A stretch of DNA of 64,000 nucleotides from Eledone cirrhosa (taxonomy: Eukaryota), in assembly GCA_964016885.1 (NCBI GenBank), contig OZ024749.1, positions 52,638,001 to 52,702,000 on the forward strand, given 5' to 3'. A program made the translations under genes and the position numbers. The notes beneath the pieces are model-generated. The model made no database searches. It worked only from the letters and a program-made list of their open reading frames with translations, and was not told the origin of the DNA. Positions 40,121 through 52,838 of the stretch are shown in pieces. Each line of letters begins with the position of its first letter. The first letter of the stretch is position 1.

Positions 40121-41695
40121 GTGGACTGGAGCAACATGAAATAAAGTGTCTTGCTGAAGGACACAGTGGACTGGAGCAACATGAAATAAAGTGTCTTGCT
40201 GAAGGACACAGTGGACTGGAGCAACGTGAAATAAAGTGTCTTGCTGAAGGACACAGTGGACTGGAGCAACATAAAATAAAGTGTCTTGTTCAAGGACACA
40301 GTGGACTGGAGCAACATGAAATAAAGTGTCTTGCTCAAGGACACAGTGGACTGGAGCAACATGAAATAAAGTGTCTTGTTCAAGGACACAGTGGACTGGA
40401 GCAACATGAAATAAAGTGTCTTGTTCAAGGACACAGTGGACTGGAGCAACATGAAATAAAGTGTCTTGTTCAAGGACACAGTGGACTGGAGCAACATGAA
40501 ATAAAGTGTCTTGCTCAAGGACACAGTGGACTGGAGCAACATAAAATAAAGTGTCTTGTTCAAGGACACAGTGGACTGGAGCAACATGAAATAAAGTGTC
40601 TTGTTCAAGGACACAGTGGACTGGAGCAACATGAAATAAAGTGTCTTGCTCAAGGACACAGTGGACTGGAGCAACATAAAATAAAGTGTCTTGTTCAAGG
40701 ACACAGTGGACTGGAGCAACATGAAATAAAGTGTCTTGTTCAAGGACACAGTGGACTGGAGCAACATGAAATAAAGTGTCTTGTTCAAGGACACAGTGGA
40801 CTGGAGCAACATGAAATAAAGTGTCTTGTTCAAGGACACAGTGGACTGGAGCAACATGAAATAAAGTGTCTTGCTCAAGGACACAGTGGACTGGAGCAAC
40901 ATAAAATAAAGTGTCTTGTTCAAGGACACAGTGGACTGGAGCAACATGAAATAAAGTGTCTTGTTCAAGGACACAGTGGACTGGAGCAACATGAAATAAA
41001 GTGTCTTGCTCAAGGACACAGTGGACTGGAGCAACATAAAATAAAGTGTCTTGTTCAAGGACACAGTGGACTGGAGCAACATGAAATAAAGTGTTTTGTT
41101 CAAGGACACAGTGGACTGGAGCAACATGAAATAAAGTGTCTTGCTCAAGGACATAGTGGACTGGAGCAACATAAAATAAAGTGTCTTGTTCAAGGACACA
41201 GTGGACTGGAGCAACATGAAATAAAGTGTCTTGTTCAAGGACACAGTGGACTGGAGCAACATAAAATAAAGTGTCTTGCTCAAGGACACAGTGGACTGGA
41301 GCAACATAAAATAAAGTGTCTTGTTCAAGGACACAGTGGACTGGAGCAACATGAAATAAAGTGTCTTGTTCAAGGACACAGTGGACTGGAGCAACATGAA
41401 ATAAAGTGTCTTGCTCAAGGACACAGTGGACTGGAGCAACATGAAATAAAGTGTCTTGTTCAAGGACACAGTGGACTGGAGCAACATGAAATAAAGTGTC
41501 TTGTTCAAGGACACAGTGGACTGGAGCAACATGAAATAAAGTGTCTTGCTGAAGGACACAGTGGATTGGTGCAACATGAAATAAAGTGTCTTGCTCAAGG
41601 ACACAGTGGACTGGAGCAACATGAAATAAAGTGTCTTGTTCAAGGACACAGTGGATTGGTGCAACATGAAATAAAGTGTCTTGCTGAAGGACACA
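40121..41695. repeat. 45-bp minisatellite, 35 copies, amplified inside a family-1 SINE (SINE on - strand, ~39990-41745)
   Basis: Unit GTGGACTGGAGCAACATGAAATAAAGTGTCTTGTTCAAGGACACA equals the SINE core; SINE head right of the array and tail left of it. Confidence 0.97.
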
Positions 41696-43654
41696 ACCTT
41701 ATGATTGTGAGGTGAATACCCTAACCACCAAGCCACACTCCTTCACTAAACATATAAGCCCAGTTATCCATGGAAAGATTTCAACTCAGAACATATAGCA
41801 CAAAGCATTTGGCCGATGCTCTACCGACTGTGCTAATCCACTGCCACTTTTATATTATAATTTCTACTTTAGGGACAAGACAAGACCATTGATTTGAAGA
41901 GGAGAGGCAAGTCGATTAAATCGATCCCAATATACCACAGGTACTTTATCTTAACCCTAGAAAGGTGAAAAGCAAAGTTGACTGCGGTGGGATTTCAACT
42001 CAGAATATAAAGGACCTCAAAACATGATCCGATACCAGGCACAAGGATAGGTGTGGGGGAAAACGACTGGTACTTTATTATATTATAAATAACACATTGG
42101 TAACATTTATAAATAAACTTCTCTGATTAGTAAAGTGTCATTTTTTGTAACGAAACTTATCTAGAAAATAAATAAATATATTTTTTAATCAATATTTCAT
42201 TGTAAATGAGGTTGGTGTTAGGAAGGGCATCCAGCTGTAGTTCCCGTCCCACCCTTGCAAGCAGGGAAAAGCGGACGTAAAATGAAATGATGATGATTTC
42301 ATTAATTTGCCCTCAGAAAAAAAACAACAACAATGAACAAGTTATTTATTTTATTTATATTTTTTTTAGAACAATGGTTTTGAGAAATTATGGAACAAAC
42401 TACAAAAATACAAAGATAAAGATAGTTTAAATTATTAAAATAGAACATATTTTCATTTTGTTTGAAATGTTAGATATAATAGTGTTGTTTCTGTAGCTGG
42501 TGATAATTAAACCATTATCTAACGGAAATCTGGTGATAATTAAGTTACTATCTACTCTCGGGTCTCAAATAATCACACCCTCCACCCTGCTTATTTAATT
42601 TTTCAGATTTTTTCCACCCCAACCCCTCCCCACTTATTAAATTTTACTAATCTATCTCTGGTGAAATTTTATTTTAAGTGGTAGCATTCCTGTGACAATT
42701 TTCTTTAGATATTAAAAAAAAAACATTACTAGAAATCCCATATGTTATAAAATAAATAGGATGGGTTGGGGGGTTCTTAATATGTTAACTAAACGACTAA
42801 TTCTGGTTTTTAAAAAAATCAAGGTAGACAACCTAGAACAAAATTATTGATTTCCTTCCCACTTCCATTATTTGGGACCTGAGAGTAACAGAAATCTGGA
42901 GATAAGTCAATATCTAATGAAAATCTGTGAGTCTTGTCTTCTTTTTATTGAAATTAAAATCCATGATGGCTCAGCTCTGACTGAAAATAAAAAATTCAAG
43001 AAAATTAAAATTAATTTCTGTAACAATAATTAAGTTACATGGCAAGATAAATATAGATTGAAAGGATTTAAAAAAACCTTATTTCAATACTGGACATACA
43101 TATCAAGTCGATCGACAAGATCCCAGACCTCACTCGCTTAACGAGTGGGGTGGAGCTCATCAAATCGGACCGAGGAAACAATGTTTCCATTGGTCTTTCC
43201 AATTGCTAATATTATCTATCAGTCGCAACTCCAGGTAAAAGAAGCAACGTGAAATAAAGTGTCTTGCTCAAGGACATAACATATCGCTCGATCCGTGAAT
43301 CAAACTCACAACCTCACGATTGTGAATACAGTTCTCTAACCACTCAGCCATGTGTCTTCACTAAATATATATATATAGACATATATGTCTATATATATAT
43401 AGATATATATGTCTATATATATAAATGACCACCAGGAATATATATCATCATCGACGTTAAACGAAGATGATGATATATATTCCTGGTGGCCATTTCATAT
43501 GAGTGAAACAGCTCTAGTTCTGTAGAAATCATTTCTATATGAAATAAAGATGCCTATACTTTACTAATATATTGTGACCTCCTGATACACATCGGGGATC
43601 CACCTAAAAATATTACACACACACACACACATATATATATATATGTATATATAA

Positions 43655-43790
43655 AATTTAATATAGAAATGGCTTCTACAGGACTAAAGCAGTTTCATTC
43701 GAAGGAAATCATCAAGATTTCCTGATGATTGCCTTCGAATTAAGCAGTTCTAGTCCTGTAGAAGCCATTTCTATATTAAATTTTGTATAT
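43655..43790. mobile_element. Fold-back element with a degenerate hammerhead motif
   Basis: AAATTTAATATAGAAATGGCTTCTACAGGACTA...TCATCA / TGATGA...TAGTCCTGTAGAAGCCATTTCTATATTAAATTT; related pieces at 37.3 kb and 43.5 kb. Confidence 0.7.
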
Positions 43791-44452
43791 ACTATACTAA
43801 TGTATTGAGTAACTTACTGTGGTTACCCCTCAATTGAACATGGGTCACACATATATATATATATATATATAAACAATGAGTTATATGGTTTGTTAATTTA
43901 CAACAGATTAGAAGCACTCAACGAAATTATCCGGAGTATCATTAATATCTATATATATATATAATTATTATTATCTTCAAAACACAACAAAATTATGAAA
44001 ACCAAATCAAACTTGCAAGCAATATTATTATTAGAAGCATTTTGTCCCAAATCAAGATGAAATAAAAAATAGATAAAATGCAGTGTTTAAAAATGAACAA
44101 GGAATTTTTGAGAGATATTGCAAAGAAACAAGAATTGGTTCAGTGGTTATCTTTAACGAGGAGAGTTGGAAGAACAAACACCTTAATTGATAGCAAGTAG
44201 GGAAGTTGAAAGATATCTTTATAAAAGCCAGCTTCAACAATATTAGAGGTAACACACACACATATATATATCACACTCTAAATGTAGTTGGTGTTAAGAA
44301 GAGCAACCAGCCATAGAAACCAAGCCCAAACCAGTCCTGCATGAGCAAGTCTTGGTCATTGGACTTGGCTTGTCTCACAACGGGGCAACCTGTCTAACCC
44401 ATGCTAGCGTCGAAAATGATTTATGTATGTATGTATGTATGTATGTATGTAT

Positions 44453-45037
44453 GTCAGGTCACCAGTTGGTGCTACTGGTAACATGTATCCCAGTACAACC
44501 TGTCTCATGGTCGGGTCGTTGGCGACTAAACTGGCAACCCCACCAAGGTTTCTTGGTGAAGAGGGTGACTTTGGACATCCCGCAGGACTAAAAACAAAAC
44601 CTGTCAAAGGGCAAAGAAGCTCTTAAGAGTCAATGGCCATCCAAAATCACCGGGAGAGATGACCCCTTAGCCTTTGTCAAGGCAGAATTCTAGAGAAGGA
44701 AAACTCTGATGGTATCCAATGATGTTGACTTGTTCTTCTTTTTGGTAAATATCATCTTGGATGAGAGTGGGACTGGCTTTGTGCAGTGCCTTTGCTCACT
44801 ATAAAAGCTTCACGGTACAGGCATTGCTTTATATCTGGAGATCTCTCTGCACTTGTCATCACATGGTACCATGGGCCCAGCACTATGTGTCAATAATTGT
44901 CACAAGTGTAGTGTTTGTACCAGAGTTTTCAAGTCGCTGGCTGGACTAAAAAGTCACACTCGTTCAGCCCATCGGTAGGGGTTCTCCTACATGGATATAA
45001 AGTAGTGGCCGTACTCGAAAACGAGTTGGCAGCCACC
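44453..45037. repeat. ~590-bp element flanked by (TATG)n, copy 1
   Basis: Near-identical direct copy at 45876-46483. Confidence 0.9.
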
Positions 45038-45875
45038 ATGTATGTATGTATGTATGCATGTATATGTGGATGTCAGTATGTATGTGAGAATGTATGTATG
45101 TACGTATGCGTGTATGTATGTATGTATGAATGCATGTGTATGTATGTGTATGTATGTATGTGTATGTTTGTATGTATGTGTGTGTGTGTATGTATGTGTG
45201 TATGTATGTGTATGTATGTATGTATGCATATATGTATATATGTGTGTGTTTGTAACATCTGCATGTGTGTATGTGTTTGCGTCAGTTTGTGTGTGTGTGT
45301 GTGTGAGGAATGCATTTGTGTGTAAAAGTGTGTACGTGTTAATGGTTGAGTAGTGTGTGTGAGTGGTGTGTGAAAATGTGTGATGGCTGCTGCGTGTAAA
45401 GGTGTGTGTGTGTGTGTGTCATGTGTGTCTGTGTGTGTGTCGTGTATTAGGAGTGGAAGTAAAAATAAGATAAAATAATGTCAGAGTTGACCTCAATTAA
45501 AATTGTTATTTCCAGGAACATAGGTCAACAGAAAGGAAATACACACACATACATACACTCTTAGACACACACATACATACACACATAGACACACACATAC
45601 ACACTCAGACACACACATACATAGACACGCACATACCCACAGACACACACATACACACACTCATGGACACAAGCATACACACACATACATACACTCATAG
45701 ACACAAACATACACGCACAGGCACACGCAAACACGCATATAAACACACACTGATCCACACACACACACATATACACAGTGACTCACACACACATAGGCAC
45801 GCACACACGACACACTCGCATACAAGTATGTATGCATCTATGTGTGTGTATGTATGGGTGTATGTATGTATGTAT

Positions 45876-46483
45876 GTCAGGTCACCAGTTGGTGCTACTG
45901 GTAACATGTATCCCAGTACAATCTGTCCCGTGGTCAGGTCGTTGGCGACTAAACTGGCAACCCCACCAAGGTTTCTGGGTGAGGAGGGTGACTTTGGACA
46001 TCCTGCAGGACTAAAAACAAAACCTGTCAAAGGGCAAAGGAGCTCTTAAGAGTCAATGGCCATCCAAAATCACCGGCAGAGATGACCCCTTAGCCTTTGT
46101 CAAGGCAGAATTCTATGAGAAGGAAAACTCTGATATAACACCTGCAACCCTGATGGTATCCAATGATGTTGACTTGTTCTTCTTTTTGGTAAATATCATC
46201 TTGGTTAAGAGAGTGGGACTGGCTTTGTGCAGTGCCTTTGCTCACTATAAAAGCTTCACGGCACAGGCATTGCTTTATATCTGGAGATCTCTCTGCACTT
46301 GCCGTCACATGGTACCATGGGCCCAGCACTATGTCTCAATAATTGTCACAAGTGTAGTGTTTGTACCAGAGTTTTCAAGTCGCTGGCTGGACTAAAAAGT
46401 CACACTCGTTCAGCACATCGGTAGGGGTTCTCCTACATGGATATAAAGTAGTGGCCTTACTCGAAAACGAGTTGGCAGCCCAC
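45876..46483. repeat. ~605-bp element flanked by (TATG)n/(TA)n, copy 2
   Basis: Matches 44453-45037 with scattered substitutions and a ~20-bp extra segment near 46134-46153. Confidence 0.9.
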
Positions 46484-46486
46484 ATG

Positions 46487-46544
<58 letters not shown>

Positions 46545-46954
46545 AAGAGACATCGGAACATACATAATAAAAAAATACCCCAAAGATGAATCAAGAACGA
46601 AATGAGACATCATTTTATTATTTGTTGACAGGTGTTTCACAGGTTTTCAGGATTCAAAAGCCATTTGATATCTCATACCAGGAACAGACATAAAGTGTAA
46701 GAAGTGGTCAAGCTTTATTTGGAACAGATGACCATCATCATTTACACACACACACACACACACATAGCTCTATATACAAAACGTTTTTTTTTTCATTTCA
46801 GGTAGACGTGCTCCATCATCCACTTTTCTAAAAAAAAAAATATCATACACAAAACGCCAGCATCAATAGTTTTCCAAGAGATGGCAACATCAATGGATCT
46901 GTTATTTTTCTAATACATTTTTTCCGATTCTGCCCCGCCCGTCCCCTCAATCTT

Positions 46955-47077
46955 TCTTCTGATGAAGGACTAGCGTCCAAAACGTTAAAACCCTCTTCCT
47001 GCTATTTCAAGCGTTAACCTAATATATTCCTTCCATATACTGTACTGATTGTGTTGTTATTTCTGTTTACCTTTTAC

Positions 47078-47080
<3 letters not shown>
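46955..47080 (+). mobile_element. Hammerhead-bearing Penelope-like fragment (sister of 25761), with an inverted partial copy across the (TA)n at 47112-47190
   Basis: TCTT-CTGATGA-AGGAC.TAGC.GTCC-AAAAC-GTT (G12A lesion) followed by the same 3' body as 25797-25885. Confidence 0.75.
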
Positions 47081-47118
<38 letters not shown>

Positions 47119-47579
47119 GTAAACAGAAATAACAACACAATCAGTACAGTATATGGAAGGAATATATTAGGTTAATGTTTCAGACGCTATGAAGTGTGGT
47201 AAGGAACCAGGTGGACCATAAACCCACCAGAGTACTCAATACTTTGGGTAGTAGAGTAGGTAATAGGAAAAGAGTCAGGAGTCAGGACCCCGATGGCAGA
47301 GCTCAAGTCGTCTGAGTCCTGACTCTTTTCCTATATATATATACACACACACACAGGTAAAATTCCGTTATAACAAAATTCTTTTCAATCCCGGGCCACA
47401 AGCTCCATGTGTTTTGGTCGATCTCGTTATAACAACCTAATGATTTCAAAGCAAAACACTTTAACCAACTGGATGCCATGCTGCATCAACAAATATTCCC
47501 CCAACTGCTGGATTGTTAATGTGAAATGAAAACGATGAAACCAAGTAAGATTATGAGCAGTTATTGAAGTAGAAAGAGA

Positions 47580-47636
47580 TTAAGATATCAGTGAAGAATA
47601 ACAAGCATCAGTACGAAACTGCAAGAATACAGATTT
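47580..47636 (-). CDS. Candidate terminal exon of the STAG gene (KSVFLQFRTDACYSSLIS*)
   Basis: Strong polypyrimidine acceptor TTTTCCTCTTCAG| in phase 0; no homology support. Confidence 0.25.
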   Translation of the reverse strand, partial: KSVFLQFRTDACYSSLIS

Positions 47637-47854
47637 CTGAAGAGGAAAAGAAAAAAAACTTACAAAAGCAATGGACTCCATTTCTTGGGTGTGTGTCTAA
47701 TAAAAATAACAAAGACTCCAGCATAAACATTCCTTAACAGAATCACTATTCCAAGAAACAAAGGAATCCTTTGATTGACAGTGAAGATATTTAAAGAACT
47801 GCCATAAATTACAAGTATTTCGTTAATGACTAGTCTCATTATTGAAATGAAAGA

Positions 47855-49040
47855 GATTGTTAACCTCTAATCAGGGATTGTTAACATCTAGTCAGGGATT
47901 GTTAACCTCTAATCAAGGATTGTTAACCTCTAGTCAGGGATTGTTAACCTCTAATCAGGGATTGTTAACCTCTAGTCAAAGATGGTTAACCTCTAATCAG
48001 GGATTGTTAACCTCTAATCAGGGATTGTTAACCTCTAATCAGGGATTGTTAACCTCTAATCAGGGATTGTTAACCTCTAATCAGGGATTGTTAACATCTA
48101 GTCAGGGATTGTTAACCTCTAGTCAGAGATGGTTAACCTCTAATCAAGGATTGTTAACCTCTAGTCAGGGATTGTTAACCTCTAATCAGGGATTGTTAAC
48201 CTCTAGTCAAGGATTGTTAACCTCTAATCAGGGATTGTTAACCTCTAATCAGGGATTGTTAACATCTAGTCAGGGATTGTTAACCTCTAGTCAGAGATGG
48301 TTAACCTCTAATCAAGGATTGTTAACCTCTAGTCAGGGATTGTTAACCTCTAATCAGGGATTGTTAACCTCTAATCAGGGATTGTTAACATCTAGTCAGG
48401 GATTGTTAACCTCTAGTCAGAGATGGTTAACCTCTAATCAAGGATTGTTAACCTCTAGTCAGGGATTGTTAACCTCTAATCAGGGATTGTTAACCTCTAA
48501 TCAGGGACTGTTAACCTTTAATCAAGGATTGTTAACCTCTAGTCAGGGATTGTTAACCTCTAATCAGGGATTGTTAACCTCTAGTCAAAGATGGTTAACC
48601 TCTAATCAGGGATTGTTAACCTCTAATCAGAGATTGTTAACATCTAGTCAGGGATTGTTAACATCTAGTCAGGGATTGTTAACATCTAGTCAGGGATTGT
48701 TAACCTCTAGTCAGAGATGGTTAACCTCTAATCAAGGATTGTTAACCTCTAATCAGGGACTGTTAACCTCTAATCAAGGATTGTTAACCTCTAGTCAGGG
48801 ATTGTTAACATCTAGTCAGGAATTGTTAACCTCTAGTCAGAGATGGTTAACCTCTAATCAAGGATTGTTAACCTCTAGTCAGAGATGGTTAACTTCTAGT
48901 CAGAGATTGTTAACCTCTAGTCAAGGATTGTTAACATCTAATCAGAGATTGTTAACCTCTAGTCAGAGATTGTTAACCTCTAATCAGAGATGGTTAACCT
49001 CTAGTCAAGGATTGTTAACCCCTAACCAGAGATGGTTAAC
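47855..49040. repeat. 21-bp minisatellite, ~56 copies (GGATTGTTAACCTCTAATCAG)
   Basis: Direct reading; variant units recur in blocks; source of the LTSNQGL pseudo-ORF. Confidence 0.97.
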
Positions 49041-49368
49041 TTTATATCTGTTTATTTATGGGTTGAACGGATCTGACAATGTTGTTGTTGTTCCCTAAAA
49101 TGAATTATTTTCTATGAGCTGAGTTGCATGGTTAGCACCGCCACCACCCCACCTGGCATGGAAGACAGACATTGGTGTAAGGGTGGGAGGGAGATAGAGG
49201 AAGGAGAGAGAGAGGGATATATATATATCATCATCACTGTTTTACGTCCATTTTTCCACGCTAGCATGGGTTAGACGAGTTGTCTTGTAGGCAATGCCAG
49301 GTCAACTGACAATATCTTGCTCATACAGAACTGGTTTTAGCTTGATTTCTACAGCTGGACGCCCTTCC

Positions 49369-49405
<37 letters not shown>

Positions 49406-49459
49406 TGGCTATTTGTAAAGTGAAATAATGAAGAATATTTTCAAAGATGAAATACTTAC

Positions 49460-49610
49460 TGATGGATCTTCAATAGCAGGACCATCTTCTTCAAAAAGTC
49501 CTCCTTGCATGACAGGGTGATGGGCTCGTCCTCTCGCTGACACAACATCAGAATTATCAAACTCATTAAGATGGCTTTCTCCTTCTTCAGAAACATTTTC
49601 AAGACTTGAC
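49460..49610 (-). CDS. STAG1/2: Cohesin SA/STAG exon (SSLENVSEEGES...GLFEEDGPAIEDPS)
   Basis: TGTAG| acceptor, |GTAAGT donor; phase consistent with the upstream exon. Confidence 0.75.
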
Positions 49611-49667
49611 CTACAGCAGCCATCACATCAAATAAACCACAGTTAATTATTAATTTAAAAACCTTAA

Positions 49668-49935
49668 CCCTTTAACATTTACATTACTCTATGTATACTA
49701 TTGTATTTTTGTGGTAAAGGCTTTCATCATCCTCGTTGTTTAATGTCCATTTTCCATGCTAGCATGAGTTAGATCTCATATAATTATCTCATAATATCGA
49801 ATCTATGAGATTTTGATATTTATTTATTTTGAGAACAATACTGTAACATCAGTATGAGCGGCTGGTTATGATCGGTTTGAACAGAAAGAGATGAGAAAAT
49901 TCTGGCCGGATACGGTTTGTTTAAATGCTAAAGGG
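49668..49935. mobile_element. piggyBac-type MITE interrupted by a short LINE tail
   Basis: TTAA|CCCTTTAACATT...AATGCTAAAGGG|TTAA. Confidence 0.8.
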
Positions 49936-50427
49936 TTAATTAAGAACCAAACCTTTGTTAATAGAATAGAAATATTTGTTTGACGTGACAGACCCATTAA
50001 CACCACTACCATCAGCAACATCAACAACCACTACTACCACCATCACTGTTTAACATCCATTTTCCTCACTAGCATGGGTTAAACAGGTTGTCAGATCAGG
50101 AGACCAACATCTTGCTCAGGGTGGACTGAGTGCTTTTTATCGTGTCACCAGCATGACCACCTTACAGGGTGGACTGAGTGCTTTTTTACTCGTGACACCA
50201 ACACAACCACCTTACAGGATAGATTGGGTGCATTTTATCGTGTCACCAGCGCAAATACCATACAGGATGGACTGGGTGCATTTTGTCATGGCATTAAAAC
50301 ACGACCATCCAACTCAGAACACAGTAAGTCTTAAATAAATACCGTAAAGCATTTTGTCCAACACTCTACCAATTCTGTCAATACTGCACCCTTAATAAAT
50401 ACAATAAATAATGAAAGAAATACTCAC

Positions 50428-50541
50428 ATGTTTGGTGGTCGTAAATGGCTGTAATTGGAGGTATCCATTCTCTGCTGGAGGTCAGATTGTTTTGAAGAAT
50501 CTAACCAGTTCATTTGTGATAGTTGACTGACATCAGATATT
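50428..50541 (-). CDS. STAG1/2: STAG exon (ISDVSQLSQMNWLDSS...RPPN)
   Basis: CTCTAG| acceptor, |GTGAGT donor; phase 2/2; open frame. Confidence 0.7.
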
Positions 50542-50864
50542 CTAGAGGACAACATTAATTCCTTGGTTAAGTTTTACACAAAAGAAATGGAACTATTTGA
50601 TAGTTTGGAGACTAGAAATAGAAAGACTGTTCTATTGAAATAGAAGGACTCTACTATAGAAATAGAATGTTCACTCAAATGACTCTGTAACATCTTGCAG
50701 ACATCAACAGTCTCATATACAAGAAAAAGAAGAAGGGCTTAATATTAAATGTGCTAGTTAATAAAATATGAGGGATATGACCCCTTCAAAATAAAGGACT
50801 TCATATTATATGTGATGGTTAATAAAATATGGGGGATGTGACCCCTTCAAAATAAAGGACTTAC

Positions 50865-51102
50865 GTATCCTGGAAATCGTCTTCGGAACCTCTTTCCGTG
50901 TCACGAGTTGTGTTTGTGGTAGTTTCAGCATCTTCTTCAAGTTTCCTACGTTTAGGAGTAGAGGGGACAGGTAAATGAGGAGTAGACAGAGTAGTAGATG
51001 CCTGTGCTGCTGCTATGACAGCTGATGCAGCAGCAGCAGCAGCAGCTCGGTTACTTGCTTCTTTAGCTAATGCAGCTGCATCCATCGTTTCATCCCCGGA
51101 GG
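50865..51102 (-). CDS. STAG1/2: STAG exon (Ala-rich; PSTPKRRKL NLS-like; GSEDDFQD)
   Basis: ORF 50861..51127; TTGTAG| and |GTAAGT. Confidence 0.8.
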
Positions 51103-51749
51103 CTACAAACATAAAAAAACAAAACATTTCAGCAACAATAACTTTAGTGAGGAAAGATTCATTTGAGCCAACTTAACCCTTTAGCATTTAAACCGGCCAT
51201 AAATCTCTCACCTCTTTCTGTTCAAACCGGTTGTAATTGGCCACTCATACTGATGTTAAGGTATTGTTTTCAAAATAAAAAATATCAAAATCTCACATAA
51301 AATATTATGTGAGATAATTATGTAAGATAAAGTCTTTACCAGAAAAACACAATAGCAAATATAGGGTAGTGTAAATGCTAAAGGGGTAAACCCACGACAA
51401 AAACACATTCTAATAAAAAGTCTAAAGTCTGTCTCAGGCCGGTGCTTATCCTGGTTTCTGTGACGTGAAGTCACTGAGAGTACAAGATAACACTGGGGCA
51501 CGACACCAGTCCATCAGAGGATTAAAGTCTGTCTCGAGCCCCGACACTCTTCAGTCACCAACACAATGCCAGATAAATACAATTCCAAAGCATTTCATTA
51601 ACTAATCAAGATTTTTTTCAAATTCAAGATATTGTACATGTACACCTGTTAAGGTGAGCACCTCTAGGTGGTTTTTAAGGATATCTATATGGCCATGAAG
51701 GATATATACATATATATATTTACGCCACCAATGTAGTTGTTTTAGTTTC

Positions 51750-52070
51750 AACACAGTCTCAGATCAAGTCATCTGCCAGACATATACAACACAGTCTCAG
51801 ATCAAGTCATCTGCCAGACATATACAAGTCTCAGATCAAGTCATCTGCCAGACATATACAACACAGTCTCAGATCAAGTCATCTGCCAGACATATGCAAC
51901 ACAGTCTTAGATCAAGTCATCTGCCAGACATATACAACACAGTCTCAGATCAAGTCATCTGCCAGATATATACAACACAGTCTTAGATCAAGTCATCTGC
52001 CAGACATATACAATACAGTCTCAGATCAAGTCATCTGCCAGACATATACAACACCGTCACAGATCAAATT
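51750..52070. repeat. 38-bp tandem repeat, ~8 copies, intronic
   Basis: ACACAGTCTCAGATCAAGTCATCTGCCAGACATATACA repeated. Confidence 0.92.
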
Positions 52071-52109
52071 ACAGACATGTATAACTCTAAGAAACAAAAG
52101 ATATCTTAC

Positions 52110-52288
52110 CACCGTCAGTTTTTCGTTTGGTTCCATATCTCTTTTGTGTAGCTTGTCTCAGTGTTATAGGATGAATCTCGTGTTCTCCCTGTACAAGACT
52201 GTTACGGTACGCAATCAGTGGTTGAAAGTCATTATCTGTGCGGTCTGTAGGAACACCCATGGGGAGATGTTTGTCCAAATAGTTTAAT
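52110..52288 (-). CDS. STAG1/2: STAG exon (LNYLDKHL...FQPLIAYRNSLVQG)
   Basis: Conserved PL..YRNSL motif; canonical splice sites. Confidence 0.9.
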
Positions 52289-52589
52289 CTAAAAAGATAT
52301 ATTTTATTTTATTTTAATGGTGATAAATTCAATGTTTCAGAAATACTCTCGCCATACAACAACACCAAAAGCAACACTGCACATACCCAAGGCACACAGA
52401 GTTGTGCTCAGTAATGCAAAAAAAAAAAAAAAGATAATTGTTTCTACTTTTGGCACAAATCTAAGAATTTAAAAAGAAAGGGGAAAGTTGATTAGTCAAC
52501 CCCCAGTCCATTACTGGTACTTTATTTTATTGATCCAAGTAAAGTTGAAAGGCAAAGCTAACCTTGACGGGATTTAATAATAATAATGA

Positions 52590-52838
52590 CTAGCTGGACC
52601 TGTGAAAAAATCCACGGATAATCCCCTCTCTATATATAAACCCATCCCTTTCTCTATATTATAAGCCCTCTCTTTAAATATAGTATAACCTCCTCTCTCT
52701 ATATATATTATAACCCCCCTCCCTTTTCCAAACGTTGCAACGCTCTTTGATTTTCCTTTGCCGTAGATTGTTTACCACCCCACTTCCATTGTTTTAGCTC
52801 GTCTCACGGACGTCATTAGACTTTTAGTTATATTACTG
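52590..52838 (-). mobile_element. Short non-autonomous Helitron-like element
   Basis: - strand 3' hairpin CCGTGGA-TTTTT-TCACAGG then CAGCTAG|T; 5' TAATATAACTAAAAG. Confidence 0.55.

Noticed and set aside
39679-41736. 685-aa ORF of KTLYFMLLQSTVSL repeats
   Set aside because: Translation of a 45-bp SINE-derived array.
43110-43165. SECIS-like ATGA...AA...GA hairpin on the - strand
   Set aside because: Helix length is non-canonical and no in-frame UGA selenoprotein ORF is linked.
47857-49098. 413-aa LTSNQGL ORF as a real gene (antifreeze- or LRR-like)
   Set aside because: No ATG start, no splice context, and DNA-level homogeneity typical of a satellite.
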